The notes under the pieces were generated by a model. That model saw nothing but the letters and a program-made list of their open reading frames with translations, made no database searches and was not told the origin of the DNA. Both the position numbers and the translations under genes were made by a program. From the NCBI GenBank assembly GCA_951812315.1, contig CATOSA010000021.1:18705-82704 (forward strand): 64,000 nucleotides of DNA. The letters are read 5' to 3'. Each line of letters begins with the position of its first letter. Position 1 is the first letter of the stretch. Below are positions 11,177 through 21,117 of the stretch, piece after piece. The DNA comes from an uncultured Burkholderiales bacterium. GTDB lineage: Bacteria; Pseudomonadota; Gammaproteobacteria; Burkholderiales; Eutrophovitaceae.

Positions 11177-12519
11177 GATTTGCGCCGCCTCCACCAGATC
11201 ATGCCACCGGCGATCAATAAGCCCAGTGGCAGGGCAATCGGAAATCCAAATCCAATCGCTGTCAGTGCGCCGCGAGAAAATTCCAGCGTAAGATCGTTGC
11301 GCAGTTTCGGCTGGATAACGATCAGGCTGTCTTCGCCGGCCAGCCAGTTAATGATGTTGATACCCAGATCCATGTTGCCGAGCATTCCGGAATACTCGTT
11401 CGTCAGGCTTCGGCCGCTGCTGACTACAACGACCCGTTGCACATCGTCGCCAACACTGCGTTCGAGCGCGGCGCCCACGGTGACCGGTCCGCGTATGTCG
11501 CTGTCGCGATCGAACTCGGCATTCATCAGGCCACTGGTTTCAAGCCAGCCGCCCGCGGCCGCTTCTACCAGCGGAGTGAAATAAAACGAAGAGTCTTCGT
11601 ACGCGGCAATCCTCCGTGCGAACGGAAACACCGTATTCGAGGCCAGGCGATTGGTAATTGCGTGATCTGCGTAAGCTGAAGCAAGCGAAATCGTCGGCGG
11701 TAACTTTTGACTGCCAGCGGCGGGATCGATTACGACGCCGTCAATCAGATCGAGTCCAAGGAAATCTGCGATTGCCTCCATGCCGCGAAGCGAATCGTAG
11801 TCAATCAGCCAGAGCAGGTTTCTGCCTTTCTCGAGGTAGCGTTTGATTCGATTAACCTCTCCGGCCAGCAGGTCAACGCGCGGACTTGCGATCACCAGCA
11901 CTGACGCATTGTCCGGAATGTCTTGCGCGACCGCGAAGTTGACCGAACCGGTACGAATTCCTTGCGCCTCCAGTCTATTGCCCAGGTTGCTCAGGTCGTA
12001 GTTTGCCGGCTTGTTGAACCTGCCTTCACCGTGGCCGTCCAGAGCCATGACCAGGCGTTCGGAAGAACGCATCAGGCGCACCAGCAGGTTGGTTAACTCC
12101 TGCTCATTCACCGTGCCAAGATTTTCGCTGCGATCGTTGACTTCCACGACCAGTTCGCCATCCAGCCGAACGCCTGCCTTTTTCACCGCCGCTGGATCTT
12201 CGCGCGGGTCGACGAACGTCAGGGTTACATTGTCTTTGGCCCGCTGATACGGAGCGATGACATCCTGAAGCCGTTGCCGCAAATTGCCTTCGGCATCGCG
12301 CGCCGTTGCATATGCGGTGATCGTAATCGGCCCCGGTATTTGATTCAGAACTTCGACAGACGCCGGCGACAAGGTGTTGCGTTTGCTGTCTGTCAGGTCC
12401 CACTGCGTCTTGACATCTTTGGTGAGATACAGAATGGATGCGACGATGGCGATCAACAACACCACGAACAGGCTGTTCTGGACGAGAACTTGAAGGCGGA
12501 ATCGGGCGTTGATTTTCAT
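11173..12519 (-). CDS. GldG-like ABC-transport auxiliary component
   Basis: Has N- and C-terminal TM anchors around a large periplasmic domain. It is coupled by 4-bp overlaps to the ABC-2 permease and ATPase genes. Confidence 0.65.
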   Translation of the reverse strand: MKINARFRLQVLVQNSLFVVLLIAIVASILYLTKDVKTQWDLTDSKRNTLSPASVEVLNQIPGPITITAYATARDAEGNLRQRLQDVIAPYQRAKDNVTLTFVDPREDPAAVKKAGVRLDGELVVEVNDRSENLGTVNEQELTNLLVRLMRSSERLVMALDGHGEGRFNKPANYDLSNLGNRLEAQGIRTGSVNFAVAQDIPDNASVLVIASPRVDLLAGEVNRIKRYLEKGRNLLWLIDYDSLRGMEAIADFLGLDLIDGVVIDPAAGSQKLPPTISLASAYADHAITNRLASNTVFPFARRIAAYEDSSFYFTPLVEAAAGGWLETSGLMNAEFDRDSDIRGPVTVGAALERSVGDDVQRVVVVSSGRSLTNEYSGMLGNMDLGINIINWLAGEDSLIVIQPKLRNDLTLEFSRGALTAIGFGFPIALPLGLLIAGGMIWWRRRKS

Positions 12520-13259
12520 GCGCGCAGGCGGTCCGCGTCGAGTCGGCGGATCGAAAGAATGAGAAAAGTAGTAATCAGAAGGCCGAAATAAATCAGGTCG
12601 GTAACCGAGATCGAGCCGCTCAGGAATCCCTCATAGTGCTTCAGCAGGGAGGCGAGATTCAGCAGGCTATCCGGCTCAGACACAAAAATATTCATGATCC
12701 ACAGGCCGAGAAAAACGCCGAGCGAGAGTATCGCCGCGACGACTGGATGCGTGGTCAGGCACGACACAAATAATCCGATTGCCGCGAAACTGGCACCGAG
12801 CAGAATCAATCCGACGAGATTGGCGATCAACAAGCCCAAATCGATTGTGCCGCCGGCGAGCAATGACAGGGCCATGAGCACCATCATCAAATTGATCAAC
12901 ATCAGAAACGCTATCAGCGCGAGAAACTTGCCGACGACGATTTCGCTCATTGAAATGGGCGCTGCCATCAACAGTGCCATGGTCTGGTTGCGGCGTTCTT
13001 CCGAGATCAACCGCATCGTCAACAACGGTACCGACATCAACAAGACAATTGACGCAACGCCAAACATCGGCACGACGGCGATTTCGGTCAGCCCTGGATA
13101 AGTGGGTACGCGTGCGATCTCTGCCTGGTTCAACAAGAAGAAGTTGACACGGGACAGAAAAATCCAGGCAAGGATTGATTGCACAATTGCCAACACCACC
13201 CACGCGAGCGGTGATGTAAACATCGAGCGCAATTCCTTGCCGGCAATTGTAAAAATCAT
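12516..13259 (-). CDS. ABC-2 type transporter permease
   Basis: About six TM helices over 247 aa, with 4-bp overlaps on both sides. Confidence 0.75.
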   Translation of the reverse strand: MIFTIAGKELRSMFTSPLAWVVLAIVQSILAWIFLSRVNFFLLNQAEIARVPTYPGLTEIAVVPMFGVASIVLLMSVPLLTMRLISEERRNQTMALLMAAPISMSEIVVGKFLALIAFLMLINLMMVLMALSLLAGGTIDLGLLIANLVGLILLGASFAAIGLFVSCLTTHPVVAAILSLGVFLGLWIMNIFVSEPDSLLNLASLLKHYEGFLSGSISVTDLIYFGLLITTFLILSIRRLDADRLRA

Positions 13260-14266
13260 GCTGTTTCCTCCGTTGATGCCTCGGAGCCGGGAAGCGCGTC
13301 AGGCAGATCCGCGTCCGCATCCGCAACGTCGCGCTGTGTCAGTTGTACAAAAACTTCCTCGACACTTGCCTGCGCCGGTGCCAGCTGAAAAAGGCCCCAG
13401 TCGTGCTCGACGCTGGCGCGCACCAACGCATCGGTCGGGTCGTACTCAGCCTTTTCCGGCGTAATACGAAATACGCCGTCGCTGATCTTGTCGACGTCGG
13501 CAGGATTCACCAGCGTTTCAATTTCACCTATCGATGGCGGCCAGCGCAGGGATATTTGCACCGAATGGCCGCCGCGAAATTGTCGAAGCCCGCTGATCGC
13601 GTCGGCAAAGACGACTTTGCCGTTGTGAAGAATCTGCACGCGGTCACAGACTGCTTCAACCTCGGGCAGGATATGGGTTGACAGAATGACGCTGTGATCA
13701 TTTCCGAGTTCGCGAATGAGTGAGCGAATTTCGCGAATCTGATTTGGATCGAGGCCTACTGTCGGCTCGTCGAGAACAATCACGTCCGGATCGTGAATGA
13801 TCGCCTGGGCGATCCCGACTCTTTGCTGATAGCCTTTGGAAAGCGAGCCGATCAGCGTTCGGCCCTTGTCGGACAGACCGCTGCGCCGTTTGGCACGCTC
13901 GACCGCCGCTGCAATTGCCGACCGGCGTACATTGTGCAGCCGCCCGGCAAGACGCAGGTATTCGTCTACTCGCAGGTCCTTGTACAGCGGCGAAATCTCC
14001 GGAAGATAGCCGAGCTTCGCTTTCGCCGCAGTTGGTTCGTCGATCAGGTCAATCCCGCAAATGCTGACCGATCCGTTGGATGGTGCGAGCGTTCCGGTGA
14101 TCATTCGCATTGTTGTTGTTTTGCCGGCCCCATTGGGTCCCAGCAAACCGATGATCTCGCCGCGCCGTAATTCCAGTGAAACGCCATCTACCGCCAGTTT
14201 GCCGCCGTAACTACGCGACAACCCGACTGCGGACAAAGTTATTGCGGGCTCTGTTGTGTCGCTCAT
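13256..14266 (-). CDS. ABC transporter ATP-binding protein
   Basis: Walker A GPNGAGKTT, signature LSKGYQQR, Walker B VIVLDEPTVGLD. Confidence 0.9.
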   Translation of the reverse strand: MSDTTEPAITLSAVGLSRSYGGKLAVDGVSLELRRGEIIGLLGPNGAGKTTTMRMITGTLAPSNGSVSICGIDLIDEPTAAKAKLGYLPEISPLYKDLRVDEYLRLAGRLHNVRRSAIAAAVERAKRRSGLSDKGRTLIGSLSKGYQQRVGIAQAIIHDPDVIVLDEPTVGLDPNQIREIRSLIRELGNDHSVILSTHILPEVEAVCDRVQILHNGKVVFADAISGLRQFRGGHSVQISLRWPPSIGEIETLVNPADVDKISDGVFRITPEKAEYDPTDALVRASVEHDWGLFQLAPAQASVEEVFVQLTQRDVADADADLPDALPGSEASTEETA

Positions 14267-14432
14267 GATTGTCTGAACCCAATCAGTGGGAAGGGATTTC
14301 TGAGGAACTTGTCAATGCGTATCGGATCCATACTTATGTTGCAGCTGTAAGGTGCGAGCGGGCACGGTGAAGGCGACATGGTTATGTCACTTGATCGAAC
14401 TGCTAAACCGAATCTCGCCTGGTTTGGTCCAG

Positions 14433-14477
14433 CCAGGTTTGATCGAACCAGGTCAGATCGAAACAGGTCAGATCGAA
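14433..14477. repeat. Three 15-bp tandem units, each carrying GATCGAA
   Basis: CCAGGTTTGATCGAA / CCAGGTCAGATCGAA / ACAGGTCAGATCGAA. A fourth GATCGAAC lies at 14393-14400. Confidence 0.8.
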
Positions 14478-14888
14478 CCGATGCTGCTTCGCACCGTTGG
14501 ATTGCTGCCAAATATGGAACCAGATATTGTCGCTTATTGCCTATTTTAAAAAGCAAAAATGCACTCCTCGCGCCTTCCCCGGGCCAGTTCCCGAAGGCAA
14601 GGCATCGACTGAAATTGTATTAACAAGCCCTTGATGAGTGGGACTCTACTTAATTATTGCCCGGGGCCGGACCAAAATGTGCAGGATTGCTTTAATCCCG
14701 CCGCCTGGCTCGGGGTCTGAATCAAGGGGTCTCTTGTGATGGCTGCCAAATATACCTAAACTCTCTTCTCAGTTGAAGAACTTCCGGTCTGCAGGCGCAA
14801 TTTTTTGCGACAAAAAGCTCTTGGTCGCTCCTGACGCCCGGGTCAATCGAGGATCATCGTCCCGATTCCAAGAGAAGAACCTCGCCAT

Positions 14889-16754
14889 ATGTCTATGCGC
14901 TACTCTTGCCTATTCATCATTACTCTGTCTGCGCTGCTCACAGGTGCGTGTGCCCAGACCGCGACCCAGCATGAAACGACTGCTGGTGCCGGCCAGATTG
15001 ACGCGCAGCAAACTGCTGCGCAGGCTGGCGCTCAGCCGGATGCCAACAGGCACGCAGTTGAGAACAATACCGAGCACAAAGAAGCTCAACAAGCGGAAGC
15101 AAAAAGTCTGGAAGAGCGCATTCAGAGTGTGCTCGGATCAGGAAAAAGCCCTGCCGCGGTCGCCAGCGACCTCGACCCCGATTTCCTGTATCAATTTCTG
15201 ATCGCCGAAATTGCCGGCCAGCGCGGTGACATCGGACTTGCAAGCGATACTTATCTGAAGCTTGCTCGCAGGTCGCAAGACCCGCGCGTCGCCAGGCGCG
15301 CAACCGAGGTGGCGGTGTACGCGAAGCGCAACGATGTTGCGCTCGAGACCGCGAGAATCTGGTATGAGAATGAGCCGACATCCGCGTTGGCCCGCAGGAC
15401 GCTCGCAGACCTCCTGATCAAGAGTGGCGATCTACAGGCGGCACGCCCATTGTTGGCCGAAATGCTGGCGAAATCGCCTGGTGGTCCGGCGCGCGGCTTG
15501 ATGCAGCTGTATGCAATTTGCGGAAAACATCCGGACAAAGCCGAAGTGCATGTGCTGGTGCGCGATCTGACCAAACCTTATATCGGCCTGCCGGAAGCGC
15601 ACTACGTTCTTGCCCAGGCAGCCTATGCGGACAATGAGCCGAAGCAGGCCCTGAATTCTGCCGAAATGGCGCTCAAGTTACGCCCTGATTGGCAACAGGG
15701 TGCATTACTCAAATCGCAAATTCTGAGGGAACAGCAGCGAGGCCAAGGTATTGCCTACTTGCGTACATTTCTCAGATCTCATCCGAATGCCCACGAAGTG
15801 CGGCTCAATTATGCTCGCGCGCTGGTTGCGGAACGAGAGTATCCGGAAGCGCGGCGCGAATTCCAGATATTGCTGAAAGCCAATCCAAGAAACGCGAAAC
15901 TGACGTTTACGCTGGCGCTGCTTTCCTCCCAGATGGGTGACCATATCGTTGCCGACGAGTATCTCAGAACGGCGTTATCGCTTGGCTACAACGATCGCGA
16001 CGCTGTTTACTATCAGCTTGGACAAGTCAATGAAAAACTCAAGCGTAATGATGAAGCCGAGCGCTGGTATCGATCTGTAGAGGGTGGCGGTCAATTCGTT
16101 GCCGCGCAGTCACGCTATGCGTCATTGATTGCGCGCCGTGCTGGCGTTGACGCTGCGCGCCGCTATCTTCGTTCGCTCGAAGTGGCGGATGACGCCCAGC
16201 GTGTGCAGATTATCCAGGCGGAGGCGCACATGCTGCGCGAAGTGCGCGAGCATGAGCAATGCTACGAGGTATTGAACGAAGCGCTTGAATCGTATCCGGA
16301 CAATCCATCGTTGCTTTACGACGTTGCGCTCGCCGCGGAGAAGATTGACCGGATTGATATCGTCGAGAGCCGGCTTCTCAGACTGATTGAACTGGAACCG
16401 GGCAGCGCTCAGGCATACAACGCCCTCGGCTATACGCTGGCTGATCGCACCGAGCGCTACGAAGATGCGCGCGAATTCATAGCGGAAGCCCTGGCACTGG
16501 CGCCCGAGGACCCGTATATCCTGGACAGCATGGGCTGGGTCGAATACCGGCTTGGCAACTACGACGAGGCATTACGTTATCTGCGCCATGCTTATGACAT
16601 TAGCCCGGACCCGGAAATTGCGGCGCACCTGGGCGAAGTGCTGTGGGTCACGGGAACCCGGCGCGAAGCGCGGCGCATCTGGGACGATTCAGCGGGCAGC
16701 TACCCTGACAATGAGTTGCTTCAGAAGGTAATGCGCAGGTTCCTCGGCGGCTGA
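14889..16754 (+). CDS. TPR-repeat protein with signal peptide, possibly a lipoprotein
   Basis: N-terminus MSMRYSCLFIITLSALLTGAC followed by many TPR-like repeats. It lies directly upstream of lolB. Confidence 0.8.
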   Translation: MSMRYSCLFIITLSALLTGACAQTATQHETTAGAGQIDAQQTAAQAGAQPDANRHAVENNTEHKEAQQAEAKSLEERIQSVLGSGKSPAAVASDLDPDFLYQFLIAEIAGQRGDIGLASDTYLKLARRSQDPRVARRATEVAVYAKRNDVALETARIWYENEPTSALARRTLADLLIKSGDLQAARPLLAEMLAKSPGGPARGLMQLYAICGKHPDKAEVHVLVRDLTKPYIGLPEAHYVLAQAAYADNEPKQALNSAEMALKLRPDWQQGALLKSQILREQQRGQGIAYLRTFLRSHPNAHEVRLNYARALVAEREYPEARREFQILLKANPRNAKLTFTLALLSSQMGDHIVADEYLRTALSLGYNDRDAVYYQLGQVNEKLKRNDEAERWYRSVEGGGQFVAAQSRYASLIARRAGVDAARRYLRSLEVADDAQRVQIIQAEAHMLREVREHEQCYEVLNEALESYPDNPSLLYDVALAAEKIDRIDIVESRLLRLIELEPGSAQAYNALGYTLADRTERYEDAREFIAEALALAPEDPYILDSMGWVEYRLGNYDEALRYLRHAYDISPDPEIAAHLGEVLWVTGTRREARRIWDDSAGSYPDNELLQKVMRRFLGG

Positions 16755-16755
16755 G

Positions 16756-17337
16756 TTGTTCCAACTTGTCCGCTTGTCAGCCAGCGGGCTGGTGCTCGCT
16801 TTGCTGCTGTCGTGCGCATCCGGGCCGCCGCTTGCGCCCATCGAAACCACGGCATCCATCGACGAGTTCGAACTTACGGGGCGGGTTGCCGTAAAGTACG
16901 ACGGGCGCGGCTATTCGGCGCGCATGCGTTGGCACCATGAGCCGGCGTCTGACGAAATATGGCTGTACTCACCGGTCGGATCAACGCTCGCTACTCTCGT
17001 CGCAAGTGGCAATCAGGCGACGCTGGTCACTGCGAAGAAAGAATCATTCTCGTCGGACAATGTGCAGCAGCTTACCCGTGAGGTCCTCGGCTGGGACCTG
17101 CCCTTGAGCGGTCTTCGCCACTGGGTGCTTGGCCGCGCCGAACCGGACGTAGCAGTTATGTTGTTGGAGCAGGACGATCAGTCGCGCATCAAGAAACTAT
17201 CGCAAAGTGACTGGCACATCGAATATTTTGCCTATTCAGGAGACAGTCTGCTGCCGTCTTCAATGGTGTTGAACTATCGCGATCTTCGTATGCGTTTGAT
17301 TATCGATGGCTGGAAGTTTCCATCACTCGCGCAATGA
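16756..17337 (+). CDS. lolB: Outer-membrane lipoprotein LolB
   Basis: Lipobox LLLSC, appropriate size (193 aa), lolB-ispE-prs synteny, TTG start. Confidence 0.8.
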   Translation: MFQLVRLSASGLVLALLLSCASGPPLAPIETTASIDEFELTGRVAVKYDGRGYSARMRWHHEPASDEIWLYSPVGSTLATLVASGNQATLVTAKKESFSSDNVQQLTREVLGWDLPLSGLRHWVLGRAEPDVAVMLLEQDDQSRIKKLSQSDWHIEYFAYSGDSLLPSSMVLNYRDLRMRLIIDGWKFPSLAQ

Positions 17338-18176
17338 ACGGCGAATTCTCGTACTTTCCGGCACCTGCAAAACTCAATCTATTCCTTCACGTGACGGGCC
17401 GGCGTGCAGATGGATATCACACACTGCAAACGGTATTTCGGTTCGTCGACTTTTGTGACCATGTAGGTTTTCGATTGCGCAGCGACGACGGTATCCACCG
17501 ACTCAAGCCAATCGCAGGTATTACTGAAGATCAGGACCTGACACTGCGCGCGGCCCGGCTGCTGCAGTCAATATCCGATTGCCGGTTGGGTGTCGATATC
17601 GACATCGGCAAGCGGTTGCCGCTCGGTGGGGGTCTGGGTGGCGGCAGCTCCGACGCCGCCACGACGCTGATGGCATTAAACCAGTTGTGGGGCCTGGGCT
17701 TGTCTCAAGCCCGGCTTCAAAGAGTTGCGCTGCAACTGGGCGCGGATGTGCCGGTATTTGTATTCGGTCGATCGGCATTTGCCGAAGGTGTCGGCGAGCG
17801 CCTTCAGGCAATCGAGCTTGGTCCCGCGTGGTACCTCGTTCTGACACCCCAAGTCACGGTTTCCACAGCGGAAATCTTCGCCGCTTGTGAATTGACACGC
17901 AATACCAAAGCCATCAAAATAGCGGCCTTTTCGATCGGCCAGGGTCATAACGATCTGCAGCCAGTGGCGTGCAAACGCTTCCCGGAAATTGCACGCCATC
18001 TGAATTGGCTCGGAAAATTCGGCAAGGCGATGATGACGGGTTCCGGCGCTTGCGTTTTCTGTGCTTTCGACACTGAGTCGGATGCGCGGTCGGTTTTGAA
18101 CCAGTTGCCAGCGGATATGAAGGGTTTCGTGGCACGCGGTCTGGACCGGCATCCAATGTTTGCCGAAGCTGCCTAG
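17334..18176 (+). CDS. ispE: 4-diphosphocytidyl-2-C-methyl-D-erythritol kinase
   Basis: FPAPAKLNLFLHVTGRRADGYHTLQTVF and the GHMP kinase motif PLGGGLGGGSSDAA. Confidence 0.95.
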   Translation: MNGEFSYFPAPAKLNLFLHVTGRRADGYHTLQTVFRFVDFCDHVGFRLRSDDGIHRLKPIAGITEDQDLTLRAARLLQSISDCRLGVDIDIGKRLPLGGGLGGGSSDAATTLMALNQLWGLGLSQARLQRVALQLGADVPVFVFGRSAFAEGVGERLQAIELGPAWYLVLTPQVTVSTAEIFAACELTRNTKAIKIAAFSIGQGHNDLQPVACKRFPEIARHLNWLGKFGKAMMTGSGACVFCAFDTESDARSVLNQLPADMKGFVARGLDRHPMFAEAA

Positions 18177-18277
18177 CGGCTTGCCGACCTGTCAGGCGGA
18201 AACAGTGTTTGCGGCTCTCGCGCGGTTGCCGCCACACTAACCGTGACTCGGGCAGGCTGATCGTGCGCACATTTTTT

Positions 18278-18354
18278 TGGGGAGTGGCCAAGTTGGTTAA
18301 GGCAACGGATTTTGATTCCGTCATGCGTAGGTTCGAATCCTACCTCCCCAGCCA
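18278..18354 (+). tRNA. tRNA-Gln (anticodon TTG)
   Basis: Cloverleaf read by eye. Acceptor TGGGGAG pairs with CTCCCCA. Anticodon stem ACGGA/TCCGT with loop TTTTGAT. T-arm contains GGTTCGAATCC. A 3' CCA is encoded. Confidence 0.9.
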
Positions 18355-18465
18355 TATAAGCGGGGCATGCGTACGCGACATCATCGCACGGGTGTCGCGT
18401 TGGACCACGGGCAACACGCCCCGAGATCGGAATATCTTGTTTTTTGGCAACGGGAAAGCATTGTA

Positions 18466-19416
18466 ATGGCCTACGACAGCTTGATGGTGTTTACCGGCAG
18501 TGCCAACCCGGGGCTTGCTGCGGACGTTGTCCGCCATCTGAACATTCCACTGGGTCGTGCCACAGTGGCGCGTTTCTGTGATGGCGAAGTGATGGTGGAA
18601 TTGATGGAGAACGTGCGCGGGCAGGACACATTTGTCCTGCAATCCACTTGCACGCCAACCAACGACAACTTGATGGAAGTTCTGCTGATGGTCGATGCGC
18701 TTAAACGCTCATCGGCCGGCAGGATTACGGCGGCAGTGCCTTACTTCGGTTATGCCCGCCAGGATCGCCGGCCGCGATCGGCGAGAGTGGCGATCAGTGC
18801 GAAGATCGTCGCCAATATGCTGCAAGCTGCAGGAGTGGACCGTTTGCTTACGATGGATCTGCACTCAGACCAGATTCAGGGCTTTTTTGACATACCTGTT
18901 GATAACGTCTACTCAGCGCCGATTCTTCTCGGCGATATCTGGAAGCGGGGTTACGACAATCTGGTTGTCGTTTCTCCGGATGTCGGTGGTGTGGTCCGCG
19001 CGCGCGCGCTGGCGAAGCGCCTGGAGTCCGATCTCGCGATTATTGACAAACGCCGGCCAAGACCCAACGTCGCCACAGTGATGAACATTATCGGTGAGGT
19101 GCAAGGGCGCACCTGCATCATTATGGACGACATGGTGGATACCGCGAGTACGTTGTGCCAGGCAGCCAACGCGTTGAAGAAAGAAGGCGCCGAGAAAGTA
19201 CTCGCTTACTGTACTCACCCGGTGCTTTCAGGGAAAGCGATCGAACGGATTGAAGATTCTGCGCTGGATGAAGTCGTCGTCACCAACACCATTCCGCTTC
19301 GTGACGATGCGCAGAACAGTTCACGAATTCGGCAACTTTCAATTGCCGAGTTGCTGGCGGAGACGATGCGGCGCATCAGCAACGAGGATTCGGTCTCCTC
19401 GTTATTCATGGACTAG
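18466..19416 (+). CDS. prs: Ribose-phosphate pyrophosphokinase
   Basis: [18 protein letters not shown] start, the PRPP-binding loop and [11 protein letters not shown]. The 33-aa N-terminal extension in the ORF track is rejected. Confidence 0.95.
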   Translation: MAYDSLMVFTGSANPGLAADVVRHLNIPLGRATVARFCDGEVMVELMENVRGQDTFVLQSTCTPTNDNLMEVLLMVDALKRSSAGRITAAVPYFGYARQDRRPRSARVAISAKIVANMLQAAGVDRLLTMDLHSDQIQGFFDIPVDNVYSAPILLGDIWKRGYDNLVVVSPDVGGVVRARALAKRLESDLAIIDKRRPRPNVATVMNIIGEVQGRTCIIMDDMVDTASTLCQAANALKKEGAEKVLAYCTHPVLSGKAIERIEDSALDEVVVTNTIPLRDDAQNSSRIRQLSIAELLAETMRRISNEDSVSSLFMD

Positions 19417-19434
19417 GATTTGATGCTGGGTGTC

Positions 19435-19515
19435 GCGACGCTTAGTCGCGCAAGAGAAGATGCGACGCTTAGTCGCGCAAGAGAAATTGCGACGCTTAGT
19501 CGCACAAGAGCAATT
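19435..19515. repeat. Three 27-bp tandem units, each with a GCGAC-GCTTA-GTCGC hairpin
   Basis: GCGACGCTTAGTCGCGCAAGAGAAGAT / ...GAAATT / GCGACGCTTAGTCGCACAAGAGCAATT. The array begins 19 bp after the prs stop. Confidence 0.85.
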
Positions 19516-19605
19516 CGGCGCTGGGTCGCGCATTTGCTGATATGCGGCGCAACGCCGCGCCGAGAGTTTCGTAGTATGCGTGGTGCACTATAGAAGAGCA
19601 CCTTT

Positions 19606-19635
19606 TGTGACACCGAAAGTTGTGACACCGAAAGT
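19606..19635. repeat. Two 15-bp tandem units, TGTGACACCGAAAGT
   Basis: Exact duplication, 38 bp upstream of the rplY start. Confidence 0.85.
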
Positions 19636-19672
19636 TGCTGGTCGCGGCTTCTTTCGGGCTGACTGGAGAACA

Positions 19673-20371
19673 ATGATGGCAACCACTGAAGTAAATGCAA
19701 TATCCCGGTCTGTGCAAGGTACGGGTGCGAGCCGCCGCCTTCGCAGATCCGGCAAAGTGCCGGGAATTATTTATGGTGCGAATCAAGACGCGCAAGTAAT
19801 CGAACTCGATCATAAGGCGATCATGCTGCAACTGCGGCACGAAGCGTTTCACGCGTCAATTCTGACAATGAATATTGACGGCAAGAAGCAAAACGTTCTG
19901 CTGCGCGATATACAGATGCACCCCTGGAAGCGCGAGGTGCTTCACATCGACTTTCAACGGGTCGATGCAAAGCAAAAGATTCATATGCGAGTGCCTCTGC
20001 ACTTTATCAACGCCGACCTCGCACCGGGTGTCAAATTCGGTGGCGGCGTCATAAACCACGTCATGTCGGACCTGGAAGTAAGCTGCTTGCCCGCCGATCT
20101 GCCCGAGTTTGTTGATGTCGATGTTGCCGATCTCGAACTTGGCCATTCCGTGCACCTGTCTGATCTCAAGCTGCCAAGCGGTGTCGAGTCACTGCAGTTC
20201 GCCCGTGGTGACGATGCAGTTGTCGCGACTGTTCAAGTGCCGCGTGCTGTTGTCGAGCCGGAAGAAGAGACAGTCGTGGGTAAAGAAGGCGAAGCAGCCG
20301 CCGCGGAAGGTGGCGAAGCTGCTGCCGACGCTGACGCCGCACCTGCCTCGTCTTCAGAAGAAGACAAGTAA
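19673..20371 (+). CDS. rplY: 50S ribosomal protein L25 / general stress protein Ctc
   Basis: [16 protein letters not shown] motif, a two-domain Ctc-length protein with an acidic Ala/Glu tail. GGAG lies 4 nt upstream of the ATG at 19673. Confidence 0.9.
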   Translation: MMATTEVNAISRSVQGTGASRRLRRSGKVPGIIYGANQDAQVIELDHKAIMLQLRHEAFHASILTMNIDGKKQNVLLRDIQMHPWKREVLHIDFQRVDAKQKIHMRVPLHFINADLAPGVKFGGGVINHVMSDLEVSCLPADLPEFVDVDVADLELGHSVHLSDLKLPSGVESLQFARGDDAVVATVQVPRAVVEPEEETVVGKEGEAAAAEGGEAAADADAAPASSSEEDK

Positions 20372-20483
20372 TCGACCTGTATGCGCCTGCGCAGCAAGCA
20401 ACACCCGGCGCGTTGCGAAATGCTTTCGCTACCGCCATTTGCACAGCGCTGCGATGCTGCGCCAGGCGTGTCGTCGGGAATGT

Positions 20484-21050
20484 ATGAGACTTGTCGTCGG
20501 CCTCGGTAATCCGGGGCACCGCTACGAAGCGACCCGGCACAATGCCGGTTTCTGGTGGATTGACGCGATCTCTGCGGAGATCGGTGCTGATCTGCGTCCC
20601 GAATCCCGTTTTCAAGGCGATGTCGGTAGATTCAAGCAAGCCGATGCGGACTGCTGGTTTCTCAAGCCGGCCACGTTTATGAATGAAAGTGGGCGCTCCG
20701 TCAGGGCAATGTGTGATTTTTGCAAGATTACGCAGTCAGAGTTCCTGGTTGTTCACGATGAGCTTGATCTCGAGCCGGGCGTGATAAAGCTCAAGAAAGG
20801 TGGCGGGGTCGCAGGGCACAATGGATTGCGCGGTATTGCTGCTCACCTGGGTCGCGATTTCTGGCGATTACGTATTGGCATCGGCCATCCCGGAGACCGC
20901 GCCCTGGTATCTGGCTACGTTCTCTCGCCGCCACGCGTGGACGAAACCAAGCTTATCTCCACGGCACTGGAACGCAGCCTGACAATATGGCCGCAACTGA
21001 TTGGCGGCGATTTTGAGGGTGCGATGCATCGTCTGCACACGCGTGAGTGA
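20484..21050 (+). CDS. pth: Peptidyl-tRNA hydrolase
   Basis: MRLVVGLGNPGHRYEATRHNAGFWWID and HDELDL. The long N-terminal extension in the ORF track is rejected. Confidence 0.9.
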   Translation: MRLVVGLGNPGHRYEATRHNAGFWWIDAISAEIGADLRPESRFQGDVGRFKQADADCWFLKPATFMNESGRSVRAMCDFCKITQSEFLVVHDELDLEPGVIKLKKGGGVAGHNGLRGIAAHLGRDFWRLRIGIGHPGDRALVSGYVLSPPRVDETKLISTALERSLTIWPQLIGGDFEGAMHRLHTRE

Positions 21051-21117
21051 ATCGTCCGTATTTGATCGCGTGTCGATCGTTTGCCTCAAGAATTTCTACT
21101 CGTAATAGTCCCAAGTC

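Noticed and set aside
19435-19635. Possible CRISPR array, suggested by the tandem repeats with hairpins
   Set aside because: The units are contiguous with no unique spacers between them. There are only two or three copies and no cas genes. I treat them as simple tandem repeats.
19413-19700. 95-aa minus-strand ORF encoding a repeated LARLSVA peptide
   Set aside because: The periodic peptide is a by-product of the 27-bp (9-codon) tandem repeat. There is no RBS, and the ORF lies in an intergenic region between two well-defined genes.
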